Origin: a virus
Taxonomy: Duplodnaviria; Caudoviricetes
Direction: 5' to 3' (one strand)
IMG/VR virus record: IMGVR_UViG_3300020469_000008
Location: 64,001 to 128,000 of that record
DNA length: 64,000 nt
Made by a program: the position numbers and the translations under genes
Part shown: piece after piece, positions 20,074 through 30,497 of the stretch
Numbering within the stretch: the stretch's first letter is position 1
How the letters are laid out: the number at the start of each line of letters is the position of its first letter
Notes under the pieces: generated by a model
Told to the model about the DNA's origin: nothing
What the model saw: only the letters and a program-made list of their open reading frames with translations
The model's database searches: none

Positions 20074-22551
20074 ATGTACACTTACGACGAGGTTTTTAAA
20101 GCCAGCATAGAGTATTTTGGTGGTGATGAATTAGCTGCTAGTGTTTTTGCAGGAAAGTATGCACTGCAAGATTCAGAAGGCAATTATATTGAATTGACAC
20201 CTGACGATATGCACGCAAGATTAGCATCTGAGTTTTCAGGTATTGAATCACAATATATAAACTCAATGCACTATGAAGAAATATATGAGTTATTTAAAGA
20301 ATTTAAATATATAATACCCCAGGGTTCACCTATGAGTGGTATTGGTAATGAAGCAAAAATACAGTCTTTGTCAAACTGTTTTGTTATTGAATCGCCAGCT
20401 GACTCTTATGCAGGTATTCTTAAGACTGACCAAGAGCAAGTTCAGATCATGAAGCGTCGTGGTGGTGTAGGATTTGATATATCTACAATCAGACCAAAAG
20501 GCATGATTACTTCTAATGCTGCTAAAACAACAGACGGCATTGAAGTCTTTCTTGACAGGTTTAGTAATAGCTGTCGAGAAGTTGCGCAAGGTGGTAGACG
20601 AGGTGCTTTAATGTTATCTGTGTCTGTCCATCACCCACAAGTAATGGACTTCATCAGAATTAAAAGAGACTTGACACGCGTCACAGGTGCTAATATCTCT
20701 GTAAGAGTAACTGATGAGTTTATGGATGCAGTAAAAAGAGATATTACATATCACCAAAGATGGCCTGTTAATTCTGATGACCCGGAAGTTCAAGACTATG
20801 TTAATGCAAGAGAAGTTTGGAATGCTTTAATTGAAGGTGCACATTCGTCAGCAGAGCCTGGTGTGCTTTTTTGGGACACGGCAACCCGCATGACTCCGTC
20901 TGATGCTTATACTGAAGAAGGTTTTGGTTCCGTGTCAACTAATCCTTGTGGTGAGATTATCTTATCTCCTTATGATTCTTGTCGATTAATGCTTGTTAAC
21001 CTCACATCTTTCGTCAAAGACGCTTGGACATCTAACGCAAAATTTGACTTTGGTCACTTTAGAGTTATCTCTAGAAAAGCACAACGATTAATGGATGACA
21101 TGATCGATTTAGAAGTAGAACAAATTGATAAGATATTAAACAAGATTGATAACGACCCAGAGTCAGAATCAGTTAAATATTATGAGAGAAATTTATGGCA
21201 AACAATTAGAGACGTTGCACTCAAAGGTCGACGTACAGGTTTGGGAATCACGGGTTTAGGTGACGCTATTGCAATGTTAGGACAGACTTATGGATCTGAT
21301 GAGAGTATTAAAACAACTGAACAAATATACAAATGGTTATCTTTAGCATCTTATGAAGAGTCAATCCAATTAGCAAAAGAACGAGGAAGTTTTCCAATTT
21401 GGGATATAGAAAAAGAGAAAGACCATCCTTTTATAGAAAGAGTAGTGTCAGAGCTAGTTACACCTGTCCAAGAAGATTATAGAAAGTATGGCCGCCGTAA
21501 CATAGCAAATACAACTACAGCGCCTGCAGGTTCTGTTTCTTGTCTCACACAAACCACATCTGGTATTGAACCTGCATTTATGCTTCATTACACACGACGC
21601 AAAAAAGCACAAAATGGTGAAGAAGTAATGTTTGTTGATGAGTTGGGAGATGAATGGACAGAATTTACTGTTTATCATCACGCTTTTAAGCAATGGTTAG
21701 ATACTCAAGAAGGTCGCCCATGGGTTGATCCGGAACATGCTGTGGCCGAGAGCCCTTATGCGGGATCAACTGCCAATGAAATCGACTGGCGCGCAAAGGT
21801 AAAACTTCAGTCAGTTGCACAAAAGTGGATCTGTCATGCTATTTCTAATACTACAAATCTGCCTGCTGAGATTGATGTGGAAACTGTGAAAGATATTTAT
21901 ATGATGGGTTGGGAATTAGGCTGTAAAGGGGTAACAGTTTATCGCGATGGATCACGAAGTGGAGTACTGGTTGCGACAGATGAGAAAAAAGAAGATAAAG
22001 TAGCAATTGTTGAAAGAGATGCACCAAAAAGACCTGAAGAGTTAGAATGTGACATTTATCACACATCAATAAAGGGGCAAAAATGGGCTGTTTTAATAGG
22101 GTTACTTGACGGTAAGCCGTACGAGGTCATAGGAGGTTCTGCAGATCAAATAGAGATACCTTCTAAATTCCGTAATGGTAAATTATATAAGCGAACATTT
22201 AAAACAAGAAACAGTAAATATGATCTTACAATAGGTGAAGGTGATAATCAACTAGTTGTTAAAGATGTAGTATCTATCTTTGATAATCCTAATCACGCAG
22301 GTTATACAAGAGTAATATCAACATCACTTCGTCATGGTGTACCAGTTCAATATCTTGTTGAGCAGATGCAGAAAGATAAAGAAATGGATATGTTTAGTTT
22401 TAGTAAGGTTATTTCTAGATGTCTTAAAAACTACATTATTAATGGCACTGAAGTAGATAGAACATGTCCTGAGTGCGGTGCTGAAGGAAGTTTAGTTTAT
22501 CAAGAGGGGTGCGTTACATGCAAATCTTGCGGCGCTGGAAAATGTGGTTAA
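20074..22551 (+). CDS. nrdJ: Class II (B12-dependent) ribonucleotide reductase
   Basis: PQGSPM.GIG, SLSNCFV, RRGGVG.D, GGRRGALM, ANISV, TNPCGEI, TTAPAGS and a C-terminal CxxC..CxxC. ATG 20074 follows AGGAG, and no nrdB lies nearby. Confidence 0.9.
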   Translation: MYTYDEVFKASIEYFGGDELAASVFAGKYALQDSEGNYIELTPDDMHARLASEFSGIESQYINSMHYEEIYELFKEFKYIIPQGSPMSGIGNEAKIQSLSNCFVIESPADSYAGILKTDQEQVQIMKRRGGVGFDISTIRPKGMITSNAAKTTDGIEVFLDRFSNSCREVAQGGRRGALMLSVSVHHPQVMDFIRIKRDLTRVTGANISVRVTDEFMDAVKRDITYHQRWPVNSDDPEVQDYVNAREVWNALIEGAHSSAEPGVLFWDTATRMTPSDAYTEEGFGSVSTNPCGEIILSPYDSCRLMLVNLTSFVKDAWTSNAKFDFGHFRVISRKAQRLMDDMIDLEVEQIDKILNKIDNDPESESVKYYERNLWQTIRDVALKGRRTGLGITGLGDAIAMLGQTYGSDESIKTTEQIYKWLSLASYEESIQLAKERGSFPIWDIEKEKDHPFIERVVSELVTPVQEDYRKYGRRNIANTTTAPAGSVSCLTQTTSGIEPAFMLHYTRRKKAQNGEEVMFVDELGDEWTEFTVYHHAFKQWLDTQEGRPWVDPEHAVAESPYAGSTANEIDWRAKVKLQSVAQKWICHAISNTTNLPAEIDVETVKDIYMMGWELGCKGVTVYRDGSRSGVLVATDEKKEDKVAIVERDAPKRPEELECDIYHTSIKGQKWAVLIGLLDGKPYEVIGGSADQIEIPSKFRNGKLYKRTFKTRNSKYDLTIGEGDNQLVVKDVVSIFDNPNHAGYTRVISTSLRHGVPVQYLVEQMQKDKEMDMFSFSKVISRCLKNYIINGTEVDRTCPECGAEGSLVYQEGCVTCKSCGAGKCG

Positions 22552-22598
22552 CTAAAATATGCCCATGTTGTGAATGTGATCCTTGTGATTGTCATTAA
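22542..22598 (+). CDS. 18-aa Cys-rich micropeptide MWLTKICPCCECDPCDCH
   Basis: It overlaps the nrdJ stop, has 6 Cys in an 11-residue stretch, and ends exactly at a terminator. It is too short for the ORF track. Confidence 0.5.
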   Translation: MWLTKICPCCECDPCDCH

Positions 22599-22626
22599 AA
22601 AAAAGGGGGGAGCAATCCCCTTTTTT
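22597..22626. terminator. Bidirectional-type intrinsic terminator
   Basis: A8-GGGGGGA-gcaa-TCCCC-T6. Confidence 0.85.
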
Positions 22627-22658
22627 CTTTAATAGTTATATGAGATAGGAGACTAGTC

Positions 22659-22733
22659 ATGATGATTAAACGAAAAAATCTTTTGTTGATAATTGAGAAG
22701 TTAAAAGTTTCATATCTGCGACAGAACACGTAG
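22659..22733 (+). CDS. 24-aa ORF MMIKRKNLLLIIEKLKVSYLRQNT
   Basis: AGGAGA SD, AATAGTTA upstream (22631-22638), and an N-terminus resembling the MKI.RRQL..IIE tag. Confidence 0.35.
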   Translation: MMIKRKNLLLIIEKLKVSYLRQNT

Positions 22734-22839
22734 AACAAATGATGGCGTAAGGCCTAGCCTAAATTAAACGTGTGAGATAATTTATAGTTATATAGTTAGT
22801 CTTTTTTGAGTATAATCTAAATTAAACAGGAAGGTAAAT

Positions 22840-23442
22840 ATGCTTTGGAAATATAATGTTGCCCCAGAGGTAAAAGAGCTTGAGTTGCATCACAACCCAG
22901 TAATTATCACAGTAAATAAGTTTGATGAAGATTCAGCAAAAGAATTTAGAACAAAAGTTGCCATGGCACACAACACAGGTCAAAAAATTATTCCTGTTGT
23001 GATTGATTCATATGGCGGGCAAGTTTATTCTTTAATGTCAATGATATCTACAATTAAAAATTCTGAATTACCAATTGCAACTATTGTAGAAGGAAAAGCA
23101 ATGAGTTGTGGCGCAATTTTACTTTCTTTTGGCACTGAAGGATACAGATTTGTAGACAAAGATTCAACAATAATGATTCACGATGTCTCATCTGGCCAGT
23201 TAGGTAAAGTTGAAGAAGTTGTTGCAAGCGCAAAAGAAACTGAAAGATTAAATGAAATCGTCTACAAAATGATGGCTCAAAATTGTGGTAAAAAGGACGA
23301 TTATTTTTTAAGACTTGTTGATAAGAAAAAACATGCAGACTGGTTTCTTGATGCGAAAGAATGTGTTAAACACAATTTGGCAAATCACATTAGAGTCCCT
23401 AAAATTAGTGTTAATGTGGATGTTACTATCGAATTCGAATAA
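22840..23442 (+). CDS. clpP: ClpP-like serine protease
   Basis: IDSYGGQVY, GKAMSCGAILL (catalytic Ser), MIHD (His) and DWFLDAKECV. TATAAT at 22811. Confidence 0.88.
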   Translation: MLWKYNVAPEVKELELHHNPVIITVNKFDEDSAKEFRTKVAMAHNTGQKIIPVVIDSYGGQVYSLMSMISTIKNSELPIATIVEGKAMSCGAILLSFGTEGYRFVDKDSTIMIHDVSSGQLGKVEEVVASAKETERLNEIVYKMMAQNCGKKDDYFLRLVDKKKHADWFLDAKECVKHNLANHIRVPKISVNVDVTIEFE

Positions 23443-23472
23443 TTAAGAATATAAAAATAGGGAGGCTTGAAA

Positions 23473-23895
23473 ATGAAAAAAATTAATAGAGATGAATTGC
23501 GTAAATTGATTAATGAATCAATGAGTATCTTGTCGCGACAGGACGCAGAAGTTGATGCATTTATCGATAAAATTGAAAGAATATCAAATGGTAATGCAGA
23601 ACACCCAATGGTAATAACTGATACAATTGTCAGCATGAATCCTGCAACGAGTATGGGAAGTTACTTGTTAGATTATATTCGCGCGCTACCTAGTATGGCA
23701 GATCAATACCCGATTTATCGACAAAGAGCACAGCGTATCAAAGATGTTTTGCTAGCTTTTTTGTTCGCTCTAAATGATCGACACGGCCCACTTGCAGATG
23801 AAAAGACAGCCGCGAATACACCGTATGCACTTGACTTTGTTAAAAAAGCTCTCAGTGTTTTAAAATCAATTGATTACAATCCGAGATACAATTGA
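23473..23895 (+). CDS. Hypothetical protein with basic N-terminal tag (MKKINRDELRKLINE)
   Basis: GGAGG SD and AATAATTA at 23438-23445. Confidence 0.75.
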   Translation: MKKINRDELRKLINESMSILSRQDAEVDAFIDKIERISNGNAEHPMVITDTIVSMNPATSMGSYLLDYIRALPSMADQYPIYRQRAQRIKDVLLAFLFALNDRHGPLADEKTAANTPYALDFVKKALSVLKSIDYNPRYN

Positions 23896-23923
23896 TTATA
23901 CGCAATAATACTTGGAGAATTAA

Positions 23924-24382
23924 ATGAAGGACGCACTATTAAGTTATATTGGTTGTACAAAAGGTTTGCATACGTGGTTCCACGCAGCACACCAAGTTAC
24001 AAAAGGTCCAGGGTTTGCCGGCGATCACGTAAACTTGTATGGTGAAATTTATAATGGAATATCGGAAGATTTTGATAAGTTAGTTGAAAAATCAATTATG
24101 ATCGCAGACACAGAAAATGTGGCATGCCCGATGATGATTACAGAAATATCAGCAAAAGTACTTTCTCAATATGAGTCCCCTGTTAACAGGGGCGGAGACG
24201 CTATAGCTGCAATTGGTTTAGAATACATGCGCAATCACATCGCAAATTTAACTGAATTATATCGAATACTTGAGTCTGGTGGCGCATTGTCGTTAGGGGT
24301 GGATGATTATCTCGCGGCCGCAGCCAATCAATACGAAGGATACGCGTATCTATTAACACAGCGTGTCAAAAGAGGAATATAG
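23924..24382 (+). CDS. Ferritin/Dps-like four-helix protein
   Basis: HTWFHAAHQVTKG.GFAGDH.LYGEIY......D.L.EK resembles the Dps-like ferroxidase helix pattern. Confidence 0.7.
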   Translation: MKDALLSYIGCTKGLHTWFHAAHQVTKGPGFAGDHVNLYGEIYNGISEDFDKLVEKSIMIADTENVACPMMITEISAKVLSQYESPVNRGGDAIAAIGLEYMRNHIANLTELYRILESGGALSLGVDDYLAAAANQYEGYAYLLTQRVKRGI

Positions 24383-25275
24383 TGGATAAAATATTTTATA
24401 ACGAGAGTTCAGCTGCAAAGTTAGGCTGGACTCCGGAGTGGTTTGGTTGTAGAGAGTTTGATGAAGATTTAGTTGACGCAATTAAAGTGTGGCAGAAAGA
24501 TAATGGTCTGAAAGCAGACGGTTTGTGTGGGCCAGGAACACATAGGAGGATATTTACTGAACGACAAAGTGAAATAGATGACTATGAACCTGATTTAGTT
24601 AAAGACAAAGAGGAATCGTTCATAGTTCATCATGGAAATTTTATTCCAATTAATTGGCCTAAAGTTGTACTTTGGTCTGAAGACAATGGATTGAAATTAA
24701 CAAAAGGTTACACGCCATACTTTGAACCTCGTGAAATTAAAACATTTGTTAATCATTGGGATGTTTGTTTAAATAGTAAAACTTGCGCAAGAGTTTTAGA
24801 AAAGAGAGGAATATCCGTTCATTTTTGCATAGATAACGGTGGAACAATATATCAGCTTCTCGATACAAATCACGCTGCTTGGCATGCTGGAAGCAAAAAA
24901 CACAACCACAGTTCAATAGGCGTTGAAATATCAAATGCTTATAGTTTAAAATACCAAAGTTGGTATAAAAAGAACGGTTTCGGTGAGCGTCCAGTTATTA
25001 GTGGGGAAACTGTTCACGGTAGTTCTATGAAAGATTTTACTGGTTTTTATGATGTGCAGCTTGAAGCACTCAAAGCTTTGTGGCATGCCGTTCACGAAGG
25101 AATTGGCGTGCCGTTAAAATGTCCTACTGACAAGGAAGGGAAAACTTTAAAAGCAGTCTCTACATCAGTAGCTTCAAACAGATTTAAAGGTTTTGTAAGT
25201 CATTATCATATAACACGCAGAAAAATTGATTGTGCAGGTTTGGATATACAATCAATGTTAGACAGTATGAAGTAA
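24382..25275 (+). CDS. Endolysin: peptidoglycan-binding domain + N-acetylmuramoyl-L-alanine amidase (Amidase_2)
   Basis: AIKVWQKDNGLKADGLCGPGT, VNHWD, SVHFCID.GG.IYQ, AWHAG, SIGVEI and VSHYHI...KIDC. Confidence 0.9.
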   Translation: MDKIFYNESSAAKLGWTPEWFGCREFDEDLVDAIKVWQKDNGLKADGLCGPGTHRRIFTERQSEIDDYEPDLVKDKEESFIVHHGNFIPINWPKVVLWSEDNGLKLTKGYTPYFEPREIKTFVNHWDVCLNSKTCARVLEKRGISVHFCIDNGGTIYQLLDTNHAAWHAGSKKHNHSSIGVEISNAYSLKYQSWYKKNGFGERPVISGETVHGSSMKDFTGFYDVQLEALKALWHAVHEGIGVPLKCPTDKEGKTLKAVSTSVASNRFKGFVSHYHITRRKIDCAGLDIQSMLDSMK

Positions 25276-25380
25276 ATTAAAAAAGAATTTACTTTTTTCG
25301 TGGAATAAATATATTTATATGTTTAAGAGATTATTCTCTTGTGTATTTAGTTTAGTTTTGTTTTAGTTTGAGTATAGTTA

Positions 25381-28300
25381 ATGACAGCCTTAAGAGTAAA
25401 CGAGTCTTCTGGCTCGGCCGGGTCAATACAGGTTGCCGACGGTTTCGGCGGTTTTTTATCGGGAAGTTTAACAGCCGGCCCTAACATAACTATATCAAAT
25501 GATGGAAGCGGAAGCTTTGCAATTACTGCAAGTTTAGATGCAGGAACAGCTATTGGTGAAGCTGAGGATGGAACTTATGAAGACGGTCTTTTTACTGATT
25601 TTGTAATAGATACACCCATTGGTACTGCTGTAGACAGGTTTAACGAGGTACTTAAGGCCCTCGCACCTTCACCTGCGCCAGGTTTAGATGATATAAATTC
25701 ACTACAATCCGGTACAAATTTATTTCTTTCTTTTGGGAGTTCAAATGATCAATCATCTGCTAGCCCTGCTTATGTAAGTGTTGCAGGAACAGCTGGAGTC
25801 GCTGCTGCTGTAGATGTTAATGGTGCTTATAATATAACAACAAGTAGTAACAATATTAGGTTAGGCGCTTTTGACGGCGACACACATATAAGCGGAGTTT
25901 TAAATGCTGATGTTACTGCTAACAGCCAAGGAAATAACGTCCAAAATTTTCCTGCTTTTTCGTTTGGTGATTCCGAAGTAGGGGTACTAAGACTAAATGT
26001 TAACGGCACGACAATTAAAGAAATAGACTTAACAGTGGCACAAATCGGTAGCGGTACATCAGGCTTAGGAACTGGTTCACACTTAGATGCAAGCGGATCA
26101 GGATTTAATTTATTTTCGCAACCCACAACCGGAACATTTTCAAATGGAAACGCATTTAATTCTTTTCAACACAGGACAGGACAGTTTGTTATCGCATCAG
26201 GTAGTCAAAGACGTGGCTGGAATTATGCGCGTGTTCAGCACGTAAAAAGTGGATCGACTAGCACTACAAATTATTTAGAATGGGTAAATGACGACAATAA
26301 TGACAGTCTAGCTGCTGCAGGAAACTCTATTGCATTTGAAGGCAGCGGAAGTGTACACCTTTCGGGTGTAAAATATTTTAGAAGTGGTAGCGGAACGTAT
26401 AAAGCCCGAGTAACAAATGCTTATAAGCTAGTCTATGACAATAATAATATTACTTTCACCACTAATAACAACGCACTAGAATCTTCAAGTCCTAGTTTTT
26501 CAATATCTGCACAGTCCAAACCTACAATAGGCGCTGGAGAAGATCATACAAAAGTACTTCATATTACTGGTTCTGGAACAATTTCAGCAAATTACTTTTT
26601 GAGTGGCGCGTTAACAGGATCTATAAACGTTACACACCCATTTAAATCGAACCTATCTTCAGCAGGATCTTCAGTGACATCAGGTATTTTAATGTACAAC
26701 CTGACAAATAATTCAACGTCACTCGTAGAAAACTTTAGAAGAGAGAATTTTAGAATTATAAGTGGTGCATACGATACACAAGCATCTCTCGTCGACAATT
26801 CTAATGTTTGGGACAGTACAAGACACATGACAGCGTCAAATGGAGCACACACAAACGGTCTTCAATTCTATAATACCAGACTGTATTCTCCCACAAACAC
26901 ACTTAGATCTGGTGACTTCCGTTCAACTTCAGATGGTGGTAAATTAGATAATGCTCCAAGTAACAATCCTAACTACTCAGGACAATCTGGCCTAAGGACA
27001 TTCTATCGTTGGTTTAAAAACGAAACCGGTTCTGACAAACAAGACTTTTCTATAGCAATTAACGGTGTAGGTTCAACAATTGTATCAGCAGCTACTGCAC
27101 TAAATAGTGGTAGAATAAGAGTTTTTGTTAAATTTCCAAGTGATGGTACTAGATCTACCGGGTGGTTAGATTTAGCATCCGAGTTTGTACTTGATTCTTA
27201 CGCCGATAATGATGGGGCACATACAGCAAACGGTAGTCTAAGTTTTGATAGTACACTTAACGCTACAAATATAGTAACACTGGGAACTGTAAGTGTAGGT
27301 AATAACGAATACATCGGCGTTAGAGTTGAATCGGATGCTGGATGGACTGGATATATTGATAGTATAACAGTTTCGTTTGGCGCAGGTACAGGAACAATAA
27401 CGCCAATACCTGACTTAGATGATATTGACTGTGACGATGACGGAATAGACTCAAATTTATCATTTGGTGTTTCTAAATCTATAACAGGTTATTCAAACGT
27501 AGGCAGTTCTGCAGGTTTAGGCTCAGCTGTAGATATTAATGGACTGTATAAGACAGATTCTAATTCCAACAATCTAAGGCGATCAGTATTTGCCTTTGAC
27601 AGAATAGTTGAGGGTAGACTCAACGAAGATGTGTCAGCTAATTCACCTGATTTTGTAGCAAACGCATTCTCAGACGCAAATAGTGGTTCTTTGGTATTAG
27701 AAGTCAACGGTGTTGATTTACATTCAGTTGAACTAACCGGTTCATTTAACTTGGTTGGGTCAGGAGAGCCTGGAATTGATGACGGCACAGGTGGAACATC
27801 TTTCACAAATAGTAGTGGATTTTTTGATTTAAGTGTTTGGAGACCAGCGGAGTTTGATAATGAAGTACCTCACTTTCTAGAAATACAGAGAACTGGAAAA
27901 TATCGAGTGCATACAAATGCACAAAGAAAAGGTTGGAATTACGCAAGGGTCAAGCATGTAGGGACGTGGGGCATAAGAACTACAAATTACGTTGAATGGG
28001 TTAATGACGATGATAACAATGGTTTAAGTATCGCTAACTTAACGCTAAAACCATTTAAGTCTGACACACTATTTCATCAAAGCGGTGTAAAATACTTTAT
28101 ACAACCGAGTGGTAGTTTAGAGGTGCAGATTAACAATCTTTACAGAAATGTTTACTCTGACAGTAATTCTGCTATTAGTTTTAATAATCTTAATAATGCG
28201 TCAGGTGTAAAGATAATACAGTCTGGTAGCGGACTAACTTCTACAAAAACAACTACTTCATCAACAGCAACACTTCAAAATCTTGCAACAACTACTAATT

Positions 28301-29196
28301 CAGAACAACAGCCTAGTCACGTTTCTGGATCACTACGTTTTTCTTTAACTGGATCCCTAAGTGGTTCTTATGCAAATTATACAAAACACTCAACTACAGG
28401 ATCTCTAGTTTTTGATCATCCTTTAAAAAGTAACTTGGATACACATAATACACTTGTCATGACATCGTCAGTCTTACTTGTTTACTCTTCAAGTGACACA
28501 TCAAATACAAATACATTAGAGAACTTCACAGGAGAGTTATTTAGAATTCAAAGCGGAAGTTACACCACACAGAATAGTGTTACAGATGTACTTAATAACT
28601 GGTCATCTACGGGATCATTAAACGATAATATTGGATTTCCCGGGTATTACACAGGGCTTATGCAGTTTGACACAAGACTAATAAGTCCGTTAGACGGAGG
28701 AAATACTGGTGATTTTAGAAATTACTCAGAAGGAGGTATTTTTGAAGGACCTGATTCAAATGTAAATTATAGCAGTTTAGGCATTGCAACAAGAGAATAT
28801 TATAGAGCATTTTTAAATCCTACAACTAATGATTTAGCAAGAATAACAGTATCATTAGCAGGCGATGCATCATTGGTCGGTAAGACAGGAGCAAACCAAG
28901 CGACCTTAGGTGCAAATAAAAATATATTTGTAGAAGTCAGAATACCAGGAAAAACAGCTTTTCTTGACTTAGGCAAGCCTTCAGCCGGCGCAGGAAATAT
29001 AAGCGCAGGTGATGGATGTTTATTTGGTGATTTAAATGGCACAATATCCAAAGCCGGCACATCAAATGTAATTACATTTAATGGCCAAACAGTTGATGGC
29101 ACATCCTCAGGAGCAGAATATTTTGTTATAAAGATTTCTGCGCATAAGGATTGGACTGGCTTTTTAAATTCAATTAATGTGACCTGGAGCGGATAA
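25381..29196 (+). CDS. Large Ser/Gly/Asn-rich virion structural protein with internal tandem duplication
   Basis: 1271 aa. WNYARV.HV.....TTNY.EWVNDD.N and P.LDDI each occur twice. A TATATTTA late motif lies upstream. Confidence 0.7.
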   Translation: MTALRVNESSGSAGSIQVADGFGGFLSGSLTAGPNITISNDGSGSFAITASLDAGTAIGEAEDGTYEDGLFTDFVIDTPIGTAVDRFNEVLKALAPSPAPGLDDINSLQSGTNLFLSFGSSNDQSSASPAYVSVAGTAGVAAAVDVNGAYNITTSSNNIRLGAFDGDTHISGVLNADVTANSQGNNVQNFPAFSFGDSEVGVLRLNVNGTTIKEIDLTVAQIGSGTSGLGTGSHLDASGSGFNLFSQPTTGTFSNGNAFNSFQHRTGQFVIASGSQRRGWNYARVQHVKSGSTSTTNYLEWVNDDNNDSLAAAGNSIAFEGSGSVHLSGVKYFRSGSGTYKARVTNAYKLVYDNNNITFTTNNNALESSSPSFSISAQSKPTIGAGEDHTKVLHITGSGTISANYFLSGALTGSINVTHPFKSNLSSAGSSVTSGILMYNLTNNSTSLVENFRRENFRIISGAYDTQASLVDNSNVWDSTRHMTASNGAHTNGLQFYNTRLYSPTNTLRSGDFRSTSDGGKLDNAPSNNPNYSGQSGLRTFYRWFKNETGSDKQDFSIAINGVGSTIVSAATALNSGRIRVFVKFPSDGTRSTGWLDLASEFVLDSYADNDGAHTANGSLSFDSTLNATNIVTLGTVSVGNNEYIGVRVESDAGWTGYIDSITVSFGAGTGTITPIPDLDDIDCDDDGIDSNLSFGVSKSITGYSNVGSSAGLGSAVDINGLYKTDSNSNNLRRSVFAFDRIVEGRLNEDVSANSPDFVANAFSDANSGSLVLEVNGVDLHSVELTGSFNLVGSGEPGIDDGTGGTSFTNSSGFFDLSVWRPAEFDNEVPHFLEIQRTGKYRVHTNAQRKGWNYARVKHVGTWGIRTTNYVEWVNDDDNNGLSIANLTLKPFKSDTLFHQSGVKYFIQPSGSLEVQINNLYRNVYSDSNSAISFNNLNNASGVKIIQSGSGLTSTKTTTSSTATLQNLATTTNSEQQPSHVSGSLRFSLTGSLSGSYANYTKHSTTGSLVFDHPLKSNLDTHNTLVMTSSVLLVYSSSDTSNTNTLENFTGELFRIQSGSYTTQNSVTDVLNNWSSTGSLNDNIGFPGYYTGLMQFDTRLISPLDGGNTGDFRNYSEGGIFEGPDSNVNYSSLGIATREYYRAFLNPTTNDLARITVSLAGDASLVGKTGANQATLGANKNIFVEVRIPGKTAFLDLGKPSAGAGNISAGDGCLFGDLNGTISKAGTSNVITFNGQTVDGTSSGAEYFVIKISAHKDWTGFLNSINVTWSG

Positions 29197-30497
29197 TGGC
29201 AGGTAAGAGTAACACGTCCGCAACTTTCTTTGCACAGAAAAAATTACTGGGTAAAGCACATACATCTAATTTAAAAACTGATGGTGAAGAATTAATTGGC
29301 TCAAACATTCAGGCCAGTACTTCACTTTTATTTGGCCAAAGTGTTCCTGCAAATCCTGCACAAACACTATACTTGATGCAAAGTGCTTCGAATGGTTCAC
29401 CTGCGACGGTAGAATACATTCACTTTGCTTTAAACGCACTTACCGGTACAACATATGATGCGAATGAAACGAACCCAGACGGAGGCTCAGGTACAGATTC
29501 TGGAGAATCTTCACAAACATCAGGTGTGCATACTTATAAGTTTGTTTTTCGTTCAGATTATTCTTCAAATTCAAGTAATCCAAAGAAAGGAAATGGTAAT
29601 TTTAACGACAGCAAAATAGTTCATGAAACCTTAGGAAAGGTACAACTTGTACCACCTTTCTATTCTCAAACAGCTCCTAACCCTTATATTATAAAAATAT
29701 ATAAAGACGACGGTTCAGGAGGTATTGGGGACGAAATACCTCTACTTGACAATGTAGACTGGAACGTAGATTTTTACAACGGAATATTATTTCTCCAAGA
29801 TTTTAACTCATCAAAAATTCCTGCACACGCTAAAGCTTTTGCATACGTTGGCGATTTTGCTGATAAAGGATTTTTTGAAAACTCTCTTTCTGGGTCGCTC
29901 CAAAAGCTAACAGACGGATCATCATATCTCGTTGCAGGCAGTAATATTACAATTGCATCAGCCTCTAATGGGCAGATAACAATATCCTCCACCGGTGGTG
30001 GAGGTAGTGGTACACCAGGTGGAGCTAACACACAAATACAGTTTAACGATGGAGGCTCTTTTGCCGGTGATACAGATCTAACGTACGATAAAACAGCTAA
30101 TGCTCTCCAGTCTGCAGGATTTGTCACAGCTTCATTAGGTTTTTCCGGATCTTTAACAAATCTTGCTGATGGTACTTCTTTTATAAAGTCTAGTACTGGA
30201 ATAAATGTAGCAAGTGCGTCTAATGGAGCAATTACTTTAAAAGTCAATAAGGAAATGGTATTTAATGAATTGTGTGGTGGTAGTACCAATGGTTCGAACA
30301 CACTATTTACTCTCGCAAATACACCTTTTGCGTCAAATGAGATAAGTATATTTGTGAATGGATTACTCCAAACACCCCCAGCTTTAACAGACTTTCAAGA
30401 TTATTCAGTAACCGGTTCAAACATATTTTTTACAACCGGTTCGGTTCCAGACGAAGGGAGCGTAGTAATTGCCATGTATAACAAGGTTGTGACGTAA
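29196..30497 (+). CDS. Virion structural / fibre-associated protein
   Basis: GGANTQIQFNDGGSFAGD, repeated (L/F)SGSL..L.DG.S, and C-terminal NTLFTL..TP...IFVNGLLQ...DYSV. Confidence 0.7.
   Translation: MAGKSNTSATFFAQKKLLGKAHTSNLKTDGEELIGSNIQASTSLLFGQSVPANPAQTLYLMQSASNGSPATVEYIHFALNALTGTTYDANETNPDGGSGTDSGESSQTSGVHTYKFVFRSDYSSNSSNPKKGNGNFNDSKIVHETLGKVQLVPPFYSQTAPNPYIIKIYKDDGSGGIGDEIPLLDNVDWNVDFYNGILFLQDFNSSKIPAHAKAFAYVGDFADKGFFENSLSGSLQKLTDGSSYLVAGSNITIASASNGQITISSTGGGGSGTPGGANTQIQFNDGGSFAGDTDLTYDKTANALQSAGFVTASLGFSGSLTNLADGTSFIKSSTGINVASASNGAITLKVNKEMVFNELCGGSTNGSNTLFTLANTPFASNEISIFVNGLLQTPPALTDFQDYSVTGSNIFFTTGSVPDEGSVVIAMYNKVVT

Noticed and set aside
22840-23442. ClpP as the prohead protease that cleaves the x-x-E tags
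   Set aside because: It is preceded by a sigma70-type -10 rather than lying in a head operon, and Glu-specific head processing is known for gp21-type proteases, which would be encoded outside this window.
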